Source: Pseudodonghicola sp.
GTDB lineage: Bacteria > Pseudomonadota > Alphaproteobacteria > Rhodobacterales > Rhodobacteraceae
NCBI GenBank assembly: GCA_050177915.1
Contig: JBFXGQ010000001.1
Span: forward strand, 1-52,868
Reading direction: 5' to 3'
Length of the DNA: 52,868 nt
Part shown: piece after piece, positions 49,521 through 52,868 of the stretch
Layout: each line of letters begins with the position of its first letter
How positions within the stretch are numbered: position 1 is the first letter of the stretch
Made by a program: the position numbers and the translations under genes
The notes under the pieces: generated by a model
What the model was told of the DNA's origin: nothing
The model's input: the letters and a program-made list of their open reading frames with translations, nothing else
Databases searched by the model: none

Positions 49521-50831
49521 ATGTCCATGAAAGAAGGCAACACCCCCTTTGAGCGATGCGTCGAAGAATGCGCTGCGCAGATCCTTCGCTGCCGTATCGG
49601 TTTGCTTGAAGGCGTCACCGAAGGGCAGATTCTGAGCGATTATTGCCCGTCTCCAAGTCCCCGGTTCTGGCTCGCAGTCAGAGCAAAGCTCCGGGATCTC
49701 GAATGTCGCACCTATCTCACCTGCATTGACCATCTGGCTTGGGCCCGGGTCCGAATGCGGCGCGGCGGGTACAACGCCATGGGGTTCATTTTCGAGCGGC
49801 AAGATCTTCTTAAGCACTCGCTTCGATCTGTGGCTGGGACCCTGCGCGAAGAACGACGGAACAGGCGCAACGAAGAGTTGCGCGATGCGCGCATCGACAA
49901 GCGCGCGAACCAGAGCAATAGCAATCTGGACTGGATGTCTTGGAACCCGGACGCATCGCTGCGCAAAGCGAGGGAGGATCCGGGTAGGATCAGGATCTAC
50001 AAGGATCCCGGAAGTGCCGATAGAGACGATCGCGGTCGATCCGTTATCCGGAAAAAACTTGCGAAGGAATACACGCTCAAGCACCGGATGACGCGTCACG
50101 AGATCGACGAACTCTGGTCTGAAGTGCATGCGGGGGCGCCCTGGATGTCGGATGTCACGACTTGGCTTTGGGAACAACATCTGCTCCGCTTGGATGCCGC
50201 AATCCCGCATCTCGGCTTTCCGCCGATGCTGCTCGTCGGTCCCCCGGGGTCCGGCAAAACGCACCTGGCCCATCTGATCGGCAAGATCGCGGGCATCTGG
50301 AGTTCGCGCATCGATTTGTCATCGCGCAGTGCCGCTTTTGACCTTACGGGGGTCGAGTATGCATGGCGCTCGTCGAGCCCTGGTCTGCCGGTCAGAACTC
50401 TGAGCGAGATCGATCATGCAAACCCGCTGATCGTGCTCGATGAGATCGACAAAGCGGGTACGTCAAGCAACGGTGGCGATCCAATCGAGGCGCTCCTGCC
50501 GCTTCTGCAGCCGGAGATGTCCCGGAATTTCCAGTGCCCATTTATCCAGGGCACCGTTGATCTCAGCTGGATCAACTGGATCGCCACGGCGAATGACCTG
50601 TCCCGGGTTCCCGATCCGATCCTTGACCGCGTCAAAATCTTTCGCATCGAAGCCCCTCGAGGCTCCGGGTTGCGACAGCTTGTCGGGGATCGGCTCGGGC
50701 CGGTCGGCGCGGATGACGTGATTATCGACGCGGTCTGCGCGCGCATTGAGTCAGAGCAAATGAGTCTCCGGGGGCTCGGGCGGCTGGCCGAAGAATTCCG
50801 GGCCATCCAAAAGCGCCCGATTTTGCATTAA
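49521..50831 (+). CDS. Lon-like AAA+ ATPase lacking the protease domain
   Basis: LLVGPPGSGKT, NPLIVLDEIDK, VDLS..WIATAN..PDPILDR; the protein ends without a Ser-Lys protease domain; start uncertain. Confidence 0.82.
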   Translation: MSMKEGNTPFERCVEECAAQILRCRIGLLEGVTEGQILSDYCPSPSPRFWLAVRAKLRDLECRTYLTCIDHLAWARVRMRRGGYNAMGFIFERQDLLKHSLRSVAGTLREERRNRRNEELRDARIDKRANQSNSNLDWMSWNPDASLRKAREDPGRIRIYKDPGSADRDDRGRSVIRKKLAKEYTLKHRMTRHEIDELWSEVHAGAPWMSDVTTWLWEQHLLRLDAAIPHLGFPPMLLVGPPGSGKTHLAHLIGKIAGIWSSRIDLSSRSAAFDLTGVEYAWRSSSPGLPVRTLSEIDHANPLIVLDEIDKAGTSSNGGDPIEALLPLLQPEMSRNFQCPFIQGTVDLSWINWIATANDLSRVPDPILDRVKIFRIEAPRGSGLRQLVGDRLGPVGADDVIIDAVCARIESEQMSLRGLGRLAEEFRAIQKRPILH

Positions 50832-50833
50832 CA

Positions 50834-51259
50834 ATGGCAAGGAATTTCGAAATGCCCTTCCTCTTCAGCCTCCTCTACATCGCCGCCATGTCGCTCTCCG
50901 TGGTCGGGTTCATCTCGTCGACCGCTGACGAGGGCGACGTCCTCAATATCGGCCTGTGTCCGAATGCTTGGGGCATCGTAACCGTTTTCGCTGCCGTTCT
51001 TGCGGTGGGTGCCCATGTGAACATGAACGGCCGAATGGGACACCGGACCCCGGGGGCCATGTTTGCCCTGTCCACCTTTTTGTACATGATCCACGGCCTG
51101 GTCTTCCTGGCCTTCCTGGTTCCCTCCGCCCTGATCGGCCTTGCCATCCTGGCCGGCGGCGCGAACATCGGCTACGTCGCCGCCCTGATCGCGGTTGCCG
51201 TGCTGGCGATCCCGATGACTTCGCTTGGATGGTCTCTGACCGAATGTTTTGAGGGATGA
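50834..51259 (+). CDS. Small integral membrane protein (about 4 TM)
   Basis: 141 aa, mostly hydrophobic, begins 2 bp after the ATPase stop. Confidence 0.7.
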   Translation: MARNFEMPFLFSLLYIAAMSLSVVGFISSTADEGDVLNIGLCPNAWGIVTVFAAVLAVGAHVNMNGRMGHRTPGAMFALSTFLYMIHGLVFLAFLVPSALIGLAILAGGANIGYVAALIAVAVLAIPMTSLGWSLTECFEG

Positions 51260-51472
51260 TCTATAGAGTTTACGTTATCCGGGACGCTATCGCTTCCCGG
51301 TATAGCCAGCTGATCCCCCCTCCGGTCGCCGGCGGAGGCGTTTTCATGCCCCACACGGAAAGGGAGGGCGCGAAAGTCCCTCCGGACAAGGTGGAGGCGG
51401 GATCGGAGACCCGAAGGTCAACGCGAACGTAGCCCTTTCGCTACGTTCGCGCAGGCGGAACCCATAATCGCT

Positions 51473-51526
51473 CTTTCTCTGCAGTGGTTCAGGCAGATTT
51501 TCCGCCGAAATCCACTGCAGAGAAAG
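51473..51526. repeat. 15-bp perfect inverted repeat
   Basis: CTTTCTCTGCAGTGG ... CCACTGCAGAGAAAG with a 24-nt, partly pairing spacer. Confidence 0.7.
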
Positions 51527-51561
51527 GCGAAGGCCCCCTTGTTTGCCTGATCGCTTCGGCC

Positions 51562-52868
51562 TCAGCCGACCATGGCGTTGTCGGCGCGCTTGATCGCCAC
51601 GATGGACGAACGCGGCAGCTTGCCGTCGCCATCGGGGAAGGGGGCGCCGGGGTGCTGGACGCCGACGAACATGGTGCGCAGATCCGCCGACCAGCACAGG
51701 CCGGTGATCTCGCAGTCCTTCGGCCCGGTCAGGAAGCGGTGGATCTCGCCCGAGACCGGATCGCCCGCCAGCATCTGGTTGTTGCCCATGCCGGCGAAAT
51801 CGCCCTCGTTGTCATCCTCGCCGTCGGTCTGGATCCAGACCAGCCCGGTGCTGTCGAGCGCCATGCCGTCGGGCGAGTTGAACAGGTTGCCCGAGTTGAT
51901 ATTGGCCGATCCGGCATAGGGGGTGCCGGCATGCACATCCGGGTTGCCCGCCATCACATAGAGATCCCAGGCGAAGGCATCGGCGGCGTGATCGTCGCCG
52001 GCAGGCCGCCAGCGCACGATCTGGCCATAGCGGTTGGCCTCGCGCGGGTTGGGGCCGTTGACGGCAGTATCGTCGCCGCCGGCGTTCGGCTTGACGCCGC
52101 GGTTCTTGTTGTTGGTCAGGCAGCAATAGGCCTCGGCCGCGACCGGGCTGGTGGCGACCCATTCGGGCCGGTCCATGGTGGTGGCGCCGACCTTGGAGGC
52201 GGCCATCCGGGTGAAGATGGCGATATGGGCGGCATCCATGCCGGTGGTCTCGGGCGTCAGCGCCAGCCATTCCCCCGACAGATCGTCATTGAACTTGGCG
52301 GCATAGAGCGTGCCCTCTTCCAGCAGCGTCGAGGTGTCGCCGCCCGGCACGTAGATGTCGCGCGACACCCATTTGTAGAGATATTCGCCGCGCTCGTCGT
52401 CGCCCATATAGACCACCACGCGGCCATCGGGGGCGACCACCACCTCGGCGTTCTCGTGCTTGATGCGGCCGAGCGCGGAATGTTTCACCGGGGTCGCATC
52501 GGGGTTCGCGGGGTCGATCTCGACCACGTAACCGACGCGATGCGGCTCATGCGGGTTCTGCGACAGATCGAACCGGGCGTCCCACTTGTGGTAATCGTAG
52601 CCCCAGCCCTTGGCGCCGATGCCGTAGCGCTTGTAGCCCGCGGCGATCTCCGCGTCGGTGGGCAGCTCGCCCATGGCGCCGAAGTAGCCGTTGAAGTTCT
52701 CCTCGCAGGTCAGATAGGTGCCCCAGGGGGTCTTGCCCGAGCCGCAGTTGTTCATGGTGCCGAGGCTGCGGCTGCCGGTCGGATCGGCCGCGGTCTGCAG
52801 CAGCGGATGGCCGGCGGCGGGGCCGCGGATCTCCATCGGGGTGTTATGGGTGATGCGGCGGTTCAGCG
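51562..52868 (-). CDS. phoX: PhoX-family alkaline phosphatase (5' part outside window)
   Basis: NNCGSGKTPWGTYLTCEENF, GRIKHE, YMGDD, MDRPE, SPDG, IQTD, EITG, VQHP. Confidence 0.95.
   Translation of the reverse strand, partial: LNRRITHNTPMEIRGPAAGHPLLQTAADPTGSRSLGTMNNCGSGKTPWGTYLTCEENFNGYFGAMGELPTDAEIAAGYKRYGIGAKGWGYDYHKWDARFDLSQNPHEPHRVGYVVEIDPANPDATPVKHSALGRIKHENAEVVVAPDGRVVVYMGDDERGEYLYKWVSRDIYVPGGDTSTLLEEGTLYAAKFNDDLSGEWLALTPETTGMDAAHIAIFTRMAASKVGATTMDRPEWVATSPVAAEAYCCLTNNKNRGVKPNAGGDDTAVNGPNPREANRYGQIVRWRPAGDDHAADAFAWDLYVMAGNPDVHAGTPYAGSANINSGNLFNSPDGMALDSTGLVWIQTDGEDDNEGDFAGMGNNQMLAGDPVSGEIHRFLTGPKDCEITGLCWSADLRTMFVGVQHPGAPFPDGDGKLPRSSIVAIKRADNAMVG

Noticed and set aside
49521-50831. 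Lon protease or BREX BrxL
   Set aside because: No protease domain and no other BREX genes.

Overview
High-GC window (GC judged by eye), most consistent with a Rhodobacteraceae-type alphaproteobacterium. It has five blocks. (1) 1-625: the end of a probable Tn3-family transposon (resolvase C-terminus plus IR-like sequence) abutting a 5'-truncated glycosyltransferase. (2) 881-19091: a surface-glycan locus with an LnmK/Pnap_2097-like hot-dog protein, an acyltransferase-like protein, an ACP, three different sulfotransferases, four GTs (two are GT2-GT4 fusions), three non-catalytic accessory proteins (one galectin-like) and gmd-fcl-manC. (3) 19115-34951: a 14-gene co-directional cluster resembling a gamma-glutamylation pathway for cyclic amines (CYP151/PipA-like P450, ferredoxin, reductase, two GS-like ligases, ABC transporter, ALDH, glutamine amidotransferase). 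It carries its own PAS-only sensor, sigma54 activator and divergent rpoN paralogue, with a -24/-12 promoter at its head. (4) 35217-43318: a TRAP transporter and a TetR-AcrAB efflux operon. (5) 43470-51530: a lower-GC degraded mobile region (IS110, IS3, IS5 and IS481 scraps, split primase/helicase, XRE regulator, Lon-like AAA ATPase plus membrane protein, hairpin-rich segment), followed by partial phoX. All family calls come from motif recognition and memory; no database search was run.
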